The translations under genes and the position numbers were made by a program. The notes under the pieces are model-generated. The model was not told the DNA's origin. It was given only the letters and a program-made list of their open reading frames with translations, and searched no databases. A DNA stretch of 63,713 nt, counting the filler, from Neolecta irregularis DAH-3 (Eukaryota), in the NCBI GenBank assembly GCA_001929475.1. It is 9 parts of 9 records of this genome, joined end to end, with 100 filler letters (N's around TTAATTAATTAA, not from the genome) between each part and the next. Parts side by side here need not be neighbours in the genome. Positions count along the whole stretch, not along the records: positions 1 to 8,212 come from LXFE01000249.1; positions 8,313 to 22,625 come from LXFE01000252.1; 7 more parts are not named here. The stretch is one strand, 5' to 3'. Shown here in pieces: positions 1 to 12,727 of this stretch; positions within the stretch are counted from its first letter, which is position 1, and every line of letters starts with the position of its first letter.

Positions 1-318
1 CCGCCCGCCCGCCCGCTGCCGCACCTTGGTCTTCGCCTTGCGACATGCCGCGCACGGGTGTTTGGTCATGTTGAACCGCAGCAGCTTGCCTTTGCCTTTG
101 TGGTCGTTTGCATTGGCTTGGTCTGACTTTGATTGGTCTGACTTTGATTGGTCTGACTTTGATTGGTCTGACTTTGATTGGTCTGACTTTGATTGGTTGA
201 AATAGTTTGACTTTGATGGATTTGATTGCTTGGATTGATTGGAATATTCGGTCTTTGAACTGTACTCGGTCTTTGCTGTCTTTGCAGTCTTTTCGGTCTT
301 TGTACGGACGATCTTCAT
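1..318 (-). CDS. Zn(II)2Cys6 fungal transcription factor, 5' part (runs off window)
   Basis: Manual translation from ATG 318: MKIVRTKTEK...(QSKSD)x5...RFNMTKHPCAACRKAKTK, then a GTGCGG intron donor at 24. CxxCRxxKxK is the first half of a GAL4-type zinc cluster. Absent from the ORF track. Confidence 0.75.
   Translation of the reverse strand, partial: MKIVRTKTEKTAKTAKTEYSSKTEYSNQSKQSNPSKSNYFNQSKSDQSKSDQSKSDQSKSDQSKSDQANANDHKGKGKLLRFNMTKHPCAACRKAKTKVRQRAGGR
121..195. repeat. 15-bp tandem repeat x5 (gtctgactttgattg), coding QSKSD on the minus strand
   Basis: Five consecutive identical units read directly. Confidence 0.95.
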
Positions 319-549
319 AATGAGCCAAACAGCGAACTGTCGTCCTATAAGACGTGCAACGTCGCCGATACGCATGTTCTAGTCGCTTGGCCGCGGATAC
401 CGGACTTTGCGGGAATGTCCGCTTGGCAGGTCATAAGCCCTTGTCTCTTGTTCTAGAATAGTATTTCAACCCTCAATACGCAATACACTTGACGGCATCC
501 CGGCTGGTCCCGATACCCTCAATGCGAATCTCAACGCCTCCATCTATTA

Positions 550-795
550 GTTCATACTTCATACTTGTCATGCGTCATGCTTGTCATGCTTGTCATGCTT
601 GTCATGCTTAATCATACTTAATTCATACCTGTTCATATTTGTCATACTTGTCATACTTGTTCATACTTCATACTTTTCAAATTTGTCATACTTATTCATA
701 CTTGTTCATACTTATTCACACTTCATACTTGTCATACTTGTTCATACTTCATACTTGTCATACTTGTTCCTACTTGTCATACTTGTTCACACTTA
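550..795. repeat. Degenerate ~9-bp minisatellite (tcatacttg / tcatgcttg)
   Basis: Many imperfect tcatactt(g) units; the ORFs over it are low-complexity artefacts. Confidence 0.9.
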
Positions 796-1317
796 TTAAA
801 TATCGGTCAGCTCCGGTATCAGCCATTCGCACATCACAGCCATTCCAGATTTCCATGCAATCTCGCTTACTCGGCGTCTGCTGACTAAGCACTCTGCTTT
901 ACTCGGCTAATCTTGCTAATACCGACTGTGTCTGCAACCCACTTGTGTCATTCTTTGCAATATCGCTAATTGACTGATCCTGATCTGTTATTGATGGATC
1001 AACTAATAACTCTAACTAATATTGATCCTGATTACATCTTGTGCGCTGATTAATAGACACGTTCTCGAGTATTAGTCAACGCGGAAGCAGAAATGCCATA
1101 TATTCGGCATACAATGCTTCAGAGCCGAGTCTAGCCGTTTCAGAGTCCTAGTCAAGTCTGGGAATTTGCTCACGACTGAGATTTATCACGTTTATTCACC
1201 AATATATTCACTAGACTGAGAATGATATCTTATAAATTCATAATCCAAATCCAAACCTCCATGACCAAACCGATAAACTGCCGGTGAATAATATACACAA
1301 AGTAGAACCACAAAAGT

Positions 1318-4300
1318 CTAGAGTAAACTATCAAATTCCTTTGCTTCATCAGCAGGACTTCCCGTGCTACTCTTTCCTCGAGAAAAGATACCGTCTCGGC
1401 TTGGAATTCGACTTTGGGGGAAAGAGCTTGCAGGGATAATAGTTCGACTTTTTCCAATGGATTCACGACTTCCCTCACTGCGTTCACGACTTCCTTCACT
1501 GAATTCACGACCCCCTTCACTCAATTCACGACCTTTTCCACTCAATTCACGACCTTTTCCACTGATTTCACGACTTCCTTCACTCAATTCAGTGGATGTA
1601 GTATTCGGTCGTTGAAGATCTCCAATCACTTTTTGGCTCTCTTCTAAGCGGTCTTTTGCACCTCGCCGATCACGAGCCCGCGCCTCTTCGCTCGCTTTAA
1701 GACGACCTTCGAGCTCTTTAAGACGAAGATGCCAGCGACGATCAACTGATCCCGGTGAAATGATTCTAGAACCTTGAGTAGCGCCATTGCACTTTTGTAA
1801 ATGAATGTGATATTCAGACTAGCTCATTAGCCCCTCCACCCAAAGATCAAACTTTAAGATTTCGATTTTCCATTTTCAAAGACGTTATTTGACGCGCAAG
1901 GTCATGTGACTCGCCTAATCCGTTTCTCGCGAGACTTTCAAGGCGTTGAATTCGTTTAGTCCGGCTTTCTATAGCGTTTTCGAGGTTTCTAAGTTAGCTG
2001 ATAATAAATACGCTGCGACATACTGATACTCTCGAACTAGGTCTCGCTCGATGTCCTTGCACTTGGTTTGAAAAGTGCGAATGGCAAATTCGACACATTT
2101 TACAGCAGTCAACATGTTTGAACTGAATAATTTTAGATTCATCGATGGTAAAACATTCGCATCTCGAAGGTTTTCATATCCAACTGTGTCTCGTAGCCTT
2201 TCAAAAATTTGGCTCAACAGGTTATTGCGTTCTTGAACTTGTTCTCGATACTGGTTTTCCAAAATGGTAAGAGCTTTGTTTTCCTTACTTCTAGCTTTTT
2301 CAAGGTCGGCAAGTCGTAGCGAGCTCTCAGCTCTAGACTTTCTTTCAGTAATAATAGACTGCTCGACTAGTTGGAGTTGAGACTGCGTTTGTTTGCGCGA
2401 CTGGCGTTCTCGATCAAGACGGTCTGCGAGTCTCTTGGTTTCAGTAGCCATCGCTTCCAGAGCTTGTTCCGTCTTCTTGAGTCCCTTTTCTTTATCAGCA
2501 AAATTATGCTGAAGATTCTCGAGATCACAAGTCGTTGTATCCAGGTCCCTGCGTAACGAACGGAGTTTTCGGAAAAGCTCATGTCGGTTAGATGACTCGT
2601 CTTGTAGAACATCACGGATAGCGTTATCAATGGCGATAATCTCTCTTTGAGATTCGGTTTCCTTGGTTTCCATAACGGAAAAATTCCTTCGTAGCGTCCA
2701 TAGCTCGCTTCGTGTCGTTTCCAACTCTTCATTTTTATGTTCAATCATTTTTTGAAATTTAACGTCAAAGTCCTCGGGACGCTGTTCTGTCATTTCTTCT
2801 TCAGTCAGAAGCTTCCATTTTTCTTCTTGGTCTTGAATATGTTGCTCAAGACTACGAATTGCTTCTTCTTTAACCCCTATATTCTGACTCAGCTCTCTCT
2901 CGCGATCTTTAAGGAATCTAATTTCACGTTCAGACGATTCATGTTGTACGCTAAGACGAGCCAGGCGCTCGCTTATATCAGCCTTTTGGTCGTTTAATCC
3001 ATCAAGTTGGTTCTTAAAAATGGTCTCCGATTCGGCAGCGTCTTCGAGTCGTTTACGAAGGTCGGAAATACGCATGTTTTTCGTCTGGAGACCCTCCTCA
3101 AGAGAGATATTGTCGCTGACAACCTACAATTCATTTAGGCAATCAAACATGTTTACCTTTTCGAGCTCATCCTTCAATTCCAAGAGCACCCGGTCTTTAA
3201 CATCAAGTTCATCATCCAGCCTATCGACTTCATATTCGGCTTCCCCCTTCAATAACTCATAACTTTCCTCCAGTTTCGTGATATACCGTTCCATCTCACG
3301 TTTGTCCTCCCGTAAAAGGTCAAGCTCCTCTGCAAGCTCAGATAATGTTCTAGCAGCTTCTCCCGTTAATCTATGTTCTTCTTGTCGGATCGCCTCATAA
3401 GCATGTTCGACTTCATGGATTCGATCCTGACTTGCCAACTTGACTTCAGATATCTTATCACGCAGTTCATCTAGCGCCAACTCGCATTCCTGGTGATCTA
3501 TTTCATTGCCGTTGTCCCGGCGAAGATTGAGTTTCAAAGCTTCCAGTTCGGTATATAAAGATGATTTTTCTCGAGTTCGAGCTTCGAGGAGTGAATTGGC
3601 TTGTGAAAGCTCTGAGCGTAGAGATTCATTTTCTTGGAATAGATTGTTTTCGGATAACTGAGATTGTAGTCGTTCCTTCTCAGCGCGTTCTCGAGAGAAA
3701 AGATCACGCAGATGTGTCTTTAATTAGCTACAGTTAGAGCCTTAATAGTACCATCTCTTTCGAATCTCCATGACGAGGTTGAACTAGCCTATCTTCGAGT
3801 TGTTGCTGCAGATGATCAATAGTACTTTTGTATTCTTGCACCTTGTCATTGAGGTTTGCAAATTCTTGATCCTCTTCAACGTGTCTTTTCTCGCATTGTC
3901 GCCTTTCCAACTCGTCAATGCGAGATTTGTACTCTTTCAATGCTCGTTTCATCTCCATCATCGCGATCTTCAAATCGACATTCTAAAGTTATTCCGGCTT
4001 TGGAGATAACGATACCTCTTGTTGCATTTCGTTAACGCTCTCATCACTCCTTTTCTCTAATAGTTGACTCAGGTAGAAGACTTTTAATTGTAGCCCAAAG
4101 TTATCCTTCTTCAACTTATCAACCATCGCAATTTGCTCCTTGAGGCTGAGTTTTGCTGCCTTGCCGCCTTCTGGCGGCAGATTATTGTCTCTCCATTGAG
4201 AATATTCTTTCATTGCGGTCTGAGGTAATTGTATCGCCTGGACACGATTCGCAATGGCAGTATTGGTAGGATATTCTGATGCAGCGCGCACATTCATAGG

Positions 4301-4750
4301 CGTACGAAAGCTATTTCGGCGGGAATTTTCCGAGATTTCTGGGCTAATTGATCGGGAATTTGGGTGCGAGAGACTTGTGATCTCCTTTGAAAATTCTTCG
4401 GCTCGATCAACAGCATCCTCATCTACTTGGTTGTACAGATGGCCCTCTGACGCCATCATACTGAGACGACGCTTAGCTGCCAGTTGGCTACGCTTTAGAC
4501 GTTCTGTCGGAGTCGAATCAAGGTCAACCTCGGATAGCTCACTGACATTACTGAGTAGGCTCAATGGTCTCGCGTTGCCAAAAACTCGAGGTCTAATACG
4601 TGTAGATGAAGGCGACGGTTCGTCTTCAAAGTCTGGGTGAAAGGATTGTTCGAAAGAAGCAAGCGTCATCTCGCCATCTATCGTTCTGTCCCCGTTTCCG
4701 AGAGACACAAGAGAGGTAGATGTCAATTCAGGTAGCCGTGGACTGGACAT
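1318..4750 (-). CDS. Mto1/ApsB-like gamma-tubulin complex receptor (CM1 motif + coiled coil + C-terminal Mto1 region), multi-exon
   Basis: CM1 motif LSLKEQIAMVDKLKKDNFGLQLKVFYL; long coiled-coil ORFs; C-terminal RRWHLRLKELEGRLKASEEARARDRRGAKDRLEE typical of Mto1/ApsB. Start codon uncertain. Confidence 0.85.
1462..1587. repeat. ~21-bp coding tandem repeat x6 (SEGSRE/SGKGREL) in the Mto1-like C-terminus
   Basis: ttcacgac...cact units recur every 21 nt. Confidence 0.9.
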
Positions 4751-5676
4751 TCCCCTCCTCGTGAGAAATACACGCGATCTTTAGATAAACGGGATAATCA
4801 ACGGGCTATTCGGTGTGTCAAGACTTCCCCAGTTCCTCAAATTGGACTCAAATGTCAGATTTCCGTCTTATAACGATTCGATACAGCAACCCGAAACAAC
4901 AGACGTATTGTGGTTGAAGGGGACCTTCGAGGTTCCGGATTTGGGAATTTGACGTTGATGTTCTCCACAAAACAATCAACACACGCAGCTGAATGTCGCT
5001 ATACCAACCCAAAAACCACAAATATTTTCAAAGTCCTTTCCTTCGATGATATTGGACTGTTTACGAAACAAGTAATTTTCAATCTTTTCGGGTCCGAGTT
5101 AGATACTTTTAGTGACCCAAGTGACCCATCTCTTTTTCCCTTTTAAGTCTCCAGTATGGTTTTTATACCTATGTTGCGACATTTACCATATCTTCTGATC
5201 AATGAATTGGAATATCCCTCATTAGTGCCCAATTTGAATATTTCTCCCCTAAGACTTGGGTGCTCTTATGTATGGCGTTGACAGGGTTAAAAATTTGAAC
5301 ATTGGTGAGAACATGCTTCATCACGGCTTTCAGTTAACCACATACTCGCCAGCTCTGGAAAGTCAAATTCGGCCAAGATAAAGATCATTTCAAGTAACCA
5401 GAGCAAGTCATTGTCAACTATTTAGATTCAGAATGCATGCTGATCAGAGTTTCGACACAAACATTTGCAACGCTTTGAGGGATCTCGGATTGTATACGCC
5501 TTTTAGGTCGACTGACGTTGTCGCTGATCATTTTAACTAGCTTTGCATCACCCCGCAATCCAGTTATCAGGGAGAGTATGTCGACAGGTTTTATAGACCA
5601 AATTCGATCGACAGAGCAAATTCTACGTCGTGTCGCAAAATCACAGAAGTGCGATTCTCATGAGATACCTTTAATC

Positions 5677-5857
5677 TGTCAAGGGCATCTCGATCTATCC
5701 ATTGGACGAGGGGTCTGTCGGCCGACGTATAGAAAGACATGTCAAGGACATCTCGATCTATCCATAGTATGAGGGGTCTGTCAGCCGAGAAGAAAGCCTG
5801 TCAAGGACATCTCGATCTATCTATCGGATGAGGGGTATGCCGGCCGACGTATAGAAA
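5677..5857. repeat. Three ~60-bp intergenic tandem repeats
   Basis: tgtcaagg(g/a)catctcgatctatc...gaggggt...gccga starts at 5677, 5740 and 5799. Confidence 0.9.
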
Positions 5858-6861
5858 TCAAAATTCCAATGTATAACCCTCTCCATACTCGATATCAGAA
5901 ATATCAGACGCCGACGAAGCTTGAATCATTCATCTCTACTGGTAAAGCTTACCCCCTCTCGTCAAATGTACAGAACAGCACTTCGCTATAATAACCCAGT
6001 TTATCGGTCCTGGGACTCAATGTTTATACAAGATAATTGGTTTGAAACCGACACTCTTGATGATCAGAGACCGGCAAATTCAAAAGTCCGATATCGAAGC
6101 TTAATTGTCTTCAATTACATAATCCGCCCTCGGGATTCGTTCAAAATTACCAAAGCTTATCAAATGCCTGTCATTGCAAATGGTAATGTACATCTATAAG
6201 GGTACTATTATTCGACCTAATAGTTGAACCATTCTAATGTTGCTCTATTTGTCATTTGCAGCATCTTTATGCGGATACCTCGAGTCTCGAACTTGTCCTC
6301 AAAACTTGAGATCAGGAGAGACAATATAATGGTTATGAATGATACCAAACTTTGACTATCACGCCTCTTCTTTCCTTTTTACGTAACTACTGGCTAACGG
6401 GGATTCTTCATTTGTTCCAAAGTCACTATCATTTTGATCTCCGACAATGTGATATGCAAACCATCGGCCTTGAGCGCCGACAACGCAAAAGTTGTAAAAG
6501 TCTATGCACAGACATGGGACTGGCGTCGTGTTTGCCCAGTGGCTCACAGAATCGTCTTCAGGAGAGAAAGATATATCGAGTACACTTTTATTGTTCGTAA
6601 GATCACTCGTCACAAGATTTCAAGTCCGAATCTGCCCAGGTCTAGATGGACTGGTCTTTGAACTTTTCTGTATGTTCCCCGCAAATATCACAAAGGCGTA
6701 TGGGAAACACTACTATTAAATCGCGCTAATATGGATCAGGAAAAAGCGGCCTGTACATTCTGATGCCTGAATTTCAGACCCCAGCTTGCACCTATACAGA
6801 CTATAAATAGGGTTCTGACCCGATTTGATTTGTTCGTTGCTGTTCACGTTCTTTATTCAAC

Positions 6862-7877
6862 ATGGTGAAATTCTCCTTTGCTGGTCCTTCACTTGTTCTC
6901 AATACTCGGCGCGAACAGGTCCATGCGTCTGACATTATCATTGCTACACTTACTTTTGGATGGACTTGTGGATTCGGCCATTTTGTATTATGGTGATTGC
7001 CCTTTCGATTCCTTCTAACAAAAGGCATGTTATTAAGCAGACCCAGAGAACAGAGAAATTCAACCTTTACATTTTCATGTGTTGGGCTGAGTATGCTGTA
7101 TGCGCAATTTTTGCCGTTATCTGTTGGCTACATATCCTCGGTGTCATCCCCCCATCGTTTATTTTCTTCTTCAGTATTCTTACTTGTTGGGCGCTTCAAG
7201 TTCAATTCCTCCTACAAATCATTGTTAATCGGTTGTGTATTCTTCAGAGGAATAACCAAAAACGAATTTTGTTGAAAGCCGGTGTTGCGACCTTGATTAC
7301 TGCGGTCAATATCACGGTGTACTGCATCTGGGTTCCAGCTCGTTTGAACATTTCAGCAAAGTATATCGCCATCAACGCTGTCTGGGATCGCTGCGAAAAA
7401 TCAATATATCTAATTGTCGATGGACTCCTTAATTACTATTTCGTTCGGACGACTTGTGCCAGTTTGCTCTCTCTTGGCCTGACGAAATACGATTCGCTCG
7501 TTCGATTCAATAAACGAATTATTTTCATATCACTGTCTATGGATGTTCTTATCATCGCGATGATGTCTTATCCCAATGATTTTGTATACATGCAGTTCCA
7601 CCCTGTGGCTTATCTCGTGAAACTCAACATTGAGATGGCGATGTCCGATTTAATGGTGAGAATAGCTGCGGAAGGAAAAGATAACGTCTTTCGTTCCAAA
7701 CATCATGCTGATCAGAAAGACGGCAAGTTTGTTGTCCTTGAGCAGACTGCCGTCAAAATTGGCTACGATACTAGGAAAGTGAAGCATGAATTCTCAACAT
7801 GCGATATTTATGGGATGGATTCACATCATCATCTTTATACAGCTACTGTTAGTGCAAAAAATAACTCGACGACATAG
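6862..7877 (+). CDS. Conserved fungal multi-pass (about 7 TM) integral membrane protein
   Basis: ATG 6862 follows TATAAA at ~6802; short intron ~6993-7024 joins the 305-aa ORF; motifs WALQVQFLLQIIVNR, WDRCEKSIYLIVDGLLN, YMQFHPVAYLVKLNIEM. Confidence 0.8.
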
Positions 7878-8312
7878 GAGTTCAAAGCAGATGTTTATGG
7901 TAGTATATAGCATTGTCCATATCTTCATTTAATGTACTTTGGCATGATATTTTCATTCTGTTTGATCTAGGTCGGATTAATATAATTACACATCAATAAT
8001 GATTGCCTGTCCATCGCAGATGATGGCAACTTTCTTCCCGTCGCAATTCCATGAACTCTCTTGGACATCACCACCCACACACTTAGAAAGCTGTCTCCCA
8101 TAGTCAAGAAATCCGATTGCGCCATCAATACAGATTCGGCCCTGTCTACTTACGCTGGTATATCCGACATTGGAACCTACTTCATCCTCGCCGATAATTT
8201 CCCATCCCGCTTNNNNNNNNNNNNNNNNNNNNNNNNNNNNNNNNNNNNNNNNNNNNTTAATTAATTAANNNNNNNNNNNNNNNNNNNNNNNNNNNNNNNN
8301 NNNNNNNNNNNN

Positions 8313-8718
8313 AGTTCCTTGCCAATATTTAAATAAATATAGAGAATTATATACATAATATAGTAATTTAAACTTGCTATTTAAACATATTCCTGCTTCT
8401 CTGCCATCTCTGCCCTAAACGCCACCACCTAATATCTTTATTCTCTCTGTCCTGTTGCCTGTGGCAGGAAGGAGCTAGTTCCTCGCGCACTCTCTTTAGA
8501 TACATTGAATAATCACTAGGGAAATTTTCCCAAGAGAATGAGTATTGCTAACTTTAGAGTAGGGCCCATGGGGACACCGAGTCACTTCACACTTATGATG
8601 AATCTCTAAATCTAAATGTTTGTAATCTACTGCCCTTAGGAAATTTCGACTAGGTCGGATAGAAACTATTATCTTTACATGCTAGATCCTCTCTAGTCTT
8701 AAACATCTCTAAATTCTC
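8313..8718. mobile_element. AT-rich, CpG-poor contig-end sequence; possible LTR/TE remnant
   Basis: Composition resembles the other TE remnants in the window; no ORF. Confidence 0.3.
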
Positions 8719-9135
8719 ACCGTAACTTAGGATATGCGAAAAATATCAATCTTGAAAGTCGTATTCTGTTAAGCATGTCAGTGAAATAGATGCTTACACA
8801 ACTGGTTTCCCGCTCGACCGCGTGTAAAAAAGGTGGAACGCCGATCCACGATGATGCAGAAGCAGGTGAAACGAACACTACCGGGCTGATGGCTTCGAGA
8901 TGCCCATCCAAGTAAAAGGAGACAGTGTCAACGGCGCATATCCTTTTACAAGGGCCCAGTATAAATATCACATCCCGTATACCTAGCTTCTGGCCGCATC
9001 ATCACTATTACATATAACAGCACTCGCATTAATACTTCGCTGGTCGTTGCGTCAACAAGCCTCAATTTATCATAGAACGCTGCTGCTTGAAGTTCATTCA
9101 TTTCTACCAATTATTTCTTACGTGTCCATATCGAT

Positions 9136-11332
9136 ATGGAAATCCGTATTCCTTTGCAATATGCTTCAACGAAATACATCCTTCCTCTCTCACCATTATA
9201 CGAACCTCCAGAGCCTCTCGAAGAAGACGACAGAACGCCAACCGCCCTCAGAGTCGAACAAAAGCAACGTCAAGACGATTTCGATGCTGTCAGTTTTGTG
9301 TGGCCGGATTCACCAACTACAGAACTTTCTTTCGAAAGTGAGAGCACGGATGTAAGGCCAACCAACAGGATGGCGAAAGTAAAATCTGCTTTATGAGCAC
9401 GTCTAATTCGACAGTTATTCCAAAATCCATTCAAGTCCGTGATAGAAGAGCAAGCTTCAGAACATCCAACTCTGAACACTCATCTAACCAGAGGTCGCCC
9501 TCGGGCCCTGACATTGCCTCAGCATGATCAAGTTCTCAGAGGTAAAGGTTTGGCCATCGATATATCAGACGATACCCTACGAGCGCCCGCCCCTTTTCGG
9601 CAACGAAGTTCTAGCATTCCATCCCATGGGTCGACTGCCTCACTCCCAGCAACGAGAAGTCCTAATGGGGGCGATGTACTTCGTGGACTGGCTGCGGCGA
9701 AAGAACGGGCAAAACAAGCGAAACTGTGCAAAGTTGGATCTGATATTGACACCATTAATGACAACACCCTTGAACGTAAACTTCCTCTTCGGTTTGTTTT
9801 GACCTTTCGAGACAACGCAGCACGGCGGAGGAAACTTCCCGCTCGACGACATTTTTTGACTCATCGTCATCCAGTCTTTACGGCGGCCCGCTCAAGCTCG
9901 CTGAAACTCCAGTCTGCGGTTGAGAATGACATATCTTCGAGCAATACAGACAACGGTCAAAAACTAGTTCGTGAGCGTTCTGATTCTTCGCTCCGCAAAC
10001 GTACAAGTACACCGATGCAAGATCGAAAATTCTTATCACCCGTTCAGCCTTTATTTCAGGAAGACGATCCGAAAACTGCAAGTATTCCAGATAAAGTGCC
10101 AACACGTTCTCCAGTTTGTGGAAAGCAATGTACGGCGCAACTCGAGAGCAATGATGTGAATCTAACAGAATCTCATCTGCCAAATAATCAGGCTGCTCTT
10201 CCCCGGCAGGGAAATCGTCGGTACCAGGATCGCAGAACATCCCGTGTGGTTCAGCCAGAGAGCTTTCAAATCAATGTGACGGTACCAGCCAAACGCAAAG
10301 AAACAAAGCTTGAGCGAATCTTTGACAAATCTACTTCTCTTCTTGCGAAACGGAGTCGGGAGAAGATACCGAAAGCAGAACGTCCAGAGAATTCCGGGAC
10401 TGGAGATCAACAGCATGCAGATGGAGCTCATGGACCTGTAAATACTAACCAGTGTGGGTCTTGCTGCGATGGTCAACATCACGAAGAGTCTGACGCCGGC
10501 CCTCGGTCAGCTTCTCATATGAGCAACTACTCACGAAGCGAAATATCCGATATCTTAGCCCCCTCCTGTTCTCCAACACGTCAAGAAGATCACATGAAGT
10601 CATTCATTCCTGAGATCATGGTCGATATTCACAATTCCACTGTGTTCTTAGATCATTTATTATCTGAACAAGAACCTGAGAAATTATTCCCATTACTACC
10701 AATTGGTGTACTTGCGTCAAATGCTGTACAGAATTATTCTTCTGCTACTGTCTCAAGTCTTGTTCATCATGCTCGAGAAGAAGCCAAAAACTTCGCAGTC
10801 CTTGATCCCGGAGAGGTGGAAAAATTATGTGAGGTATCTTTCTCTTGGGGCGAGGATTAAGTTATAGGCTCTTGCCAATATTGAAAAGAAAGAAGAAGTT
10901 CTTCGTAATGCCTATGCATCGTTTCGACAAAATCGTTCTGCCTTGCTTCAAGTCCGTTTGCTCCATTATCTTCGAAGCCCCATGCAATCGCAACTCGATG
11001 GAGATAGTTTACTTCAACAAGAAATTGGGCTTGCTACCCTTGATTCTAGAGCAGACGAATGGGAAAGGAGGCTCGAAAAGATGGGGAAAATACGAAACGA
11101 GATACGGGAGAAACTTCTGGGTCATTTGATAGGATCGCTAGCCATGGAATATCTCCATAATCGAGAGTCGCAGATTTCGACGCCTCCTTCGAGCCCGCAG
11201 CGCCTTGACGCTGATATTGTGATTATCCAGGCTAAAACGGAACCTGGTTGCGATATGGAAAACGAGGAATTGGGATGGAAACAAACTATTAAAGACATGG
11301 AAGAAGAGATCGAACGACTTATTGAAGCGTAA
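9136..11332 (+). CDS. Uds1 (up-regulated during septation) domain protein, multi-exon
   Basis: Disordered N-terminus, then EAKNFAVLDPGEVEKL...LLQQEIGLATLDSRADEWERRLEKM...IREKLLGHLIGSLAM, matching the Uds1 domain pattern. Confidence 0.7.
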
Positions 11333-11581
11333 ACTGACAAGAATTTAATACCGGCGGGACCGTTTTTCTTTACCTCTATAGAATTTCCATTTACTTGCAT
11401 AGATTGACTTAATGATCTAGGTTGTTTGAGTTTGTTGCGGCATGATTAATCGTTTTGAGAAATAAAATGATTCTGATTTTTACTGGACAGGACTGTATAC
11501 TACAATAGTCTACGTTGCATTTTGATCAGGTTTGCGACGATCTTTCGAACATCAATCATCTTTGACTTTAATTCCCAAGCC

Positions 11582-12628
11582 ATGCACTCATCCTTGCCTT
11601 CCTTAACAAACCACGCAAAACGTCAACCAAGATCAGTCTTTTCCCGACTAGTCACAGTTAGAAGGCTATCAATTGCGTTGGTGATTCTTTTGCTACTGAT
11701 ATTGCTCCGTCTAAAGGGAAACGGAACTAGCAACCATGAGCCCTCCATAGTCATTATTTCCACATGGGATGGAGATTTTAGTTCCATAATGAAGGCCCAA
11801 ATGGAGCAAAATCGACAAGAGTACGCCGATTTACACGGTATATGAGCTTGGAAGTCAAGGGCTGATTAGCGTAGGATACAAGCTTGTTTCAAAAGAGCTT
11901 TCGGGAACGGACCCAGTAGCGAAAGTCTTTTGCACCTATATATGCAGATTAATGTTTACAGTCGTGGTCAAAAGTCCCAATTATTCGAAACACAATGGCA
12001 GAACACCCACATGCTGAATGGTTCTTTTACCTGGACCCGGTAAGTTCCTCTTTCATCTTCGAATACTAACCCGGACAGACAGCAATCATCATGAACCCAT
12101 TGAAATCCCTCGAGGAGATGCTAATTCATCCAGTCAACCAGATCAAACTCAAAGATGTCTCAATTGTCCCGCCAAACGGACTTATTCGGACCCTGAAAGA
12201 TGAAAGTTCTCAAATCTATTTGATCATTTCATCAAACGAACAGGGTATTTACCCCGGGGAACTTTTGTTACGGCAAGGGGAATATGCAAAAGCTTTGCTA
12301 GATACGTGGAACAATGTGTTGTACCGACAATATAACTGGGAACGGGCGGAACAGAGTGCGCTGGTATTTCCTTCCTTTTCTGAGCTTGCCAACTTCCCAG
12401 GAACATCTTTTTCAATGGCACCAAGTTTTCTTGAAGAGATTAGCTATCGTACCGACGCGAACAATGAGTTCATTTCCTCAGGCCGCCAATGCGGAACTTG
12501 AAGGTTATAGTGATGGAGACTTTATCGTCAACATTGATGGGTGCAAGTCGATTGAAAGATCATGTGAAAAGGAATTTAATAAATACTATATATCGAGATG
12601 GCGGATACCAGATACCCAAGAGACCTAA
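11582..12628 (+). CDS. GT34 family Golgi alpha-1,6-mannosyl/galactosyltransferase (Mnn11-like), multi-exon
   Basis: Type II TM anchor; NRQEYADLHGY, HPHAEWFFYLD..AIIMNP, AEQSALEHL, YSDGDFIV motifs. Confidence 0.85.
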
Positions 12629-12727
12629 CGGGACGATGCCGATACAAAATTTAGGCGTTGGTACTTATGGAACTCAGCACCATTCAGTAGTTACAGAGAT
12701 TTGTCCTTCATTTTCTTGAGATATGGT

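Noticed and set aside
581..884. ORFs 581-799 and 639-884 (likewise 41075-41359)
   Set aside because: Translations of minisatellite or microsatellite DNA.
5677..5857. Regularly spaced repeats resembling a CRISPR array
   Set aside because: Whole units are similar with no unique spacers, there are no cas genes, and the context is eukaryotic.
8213..8312. TTAATTAATTAA palindrome within N runs (also at 22626, 26109, 35450, 44423, 46059, 49312, 61590)
   Set aside because: Artificial 100-nt contig linker with stops in all six frames; not biological.
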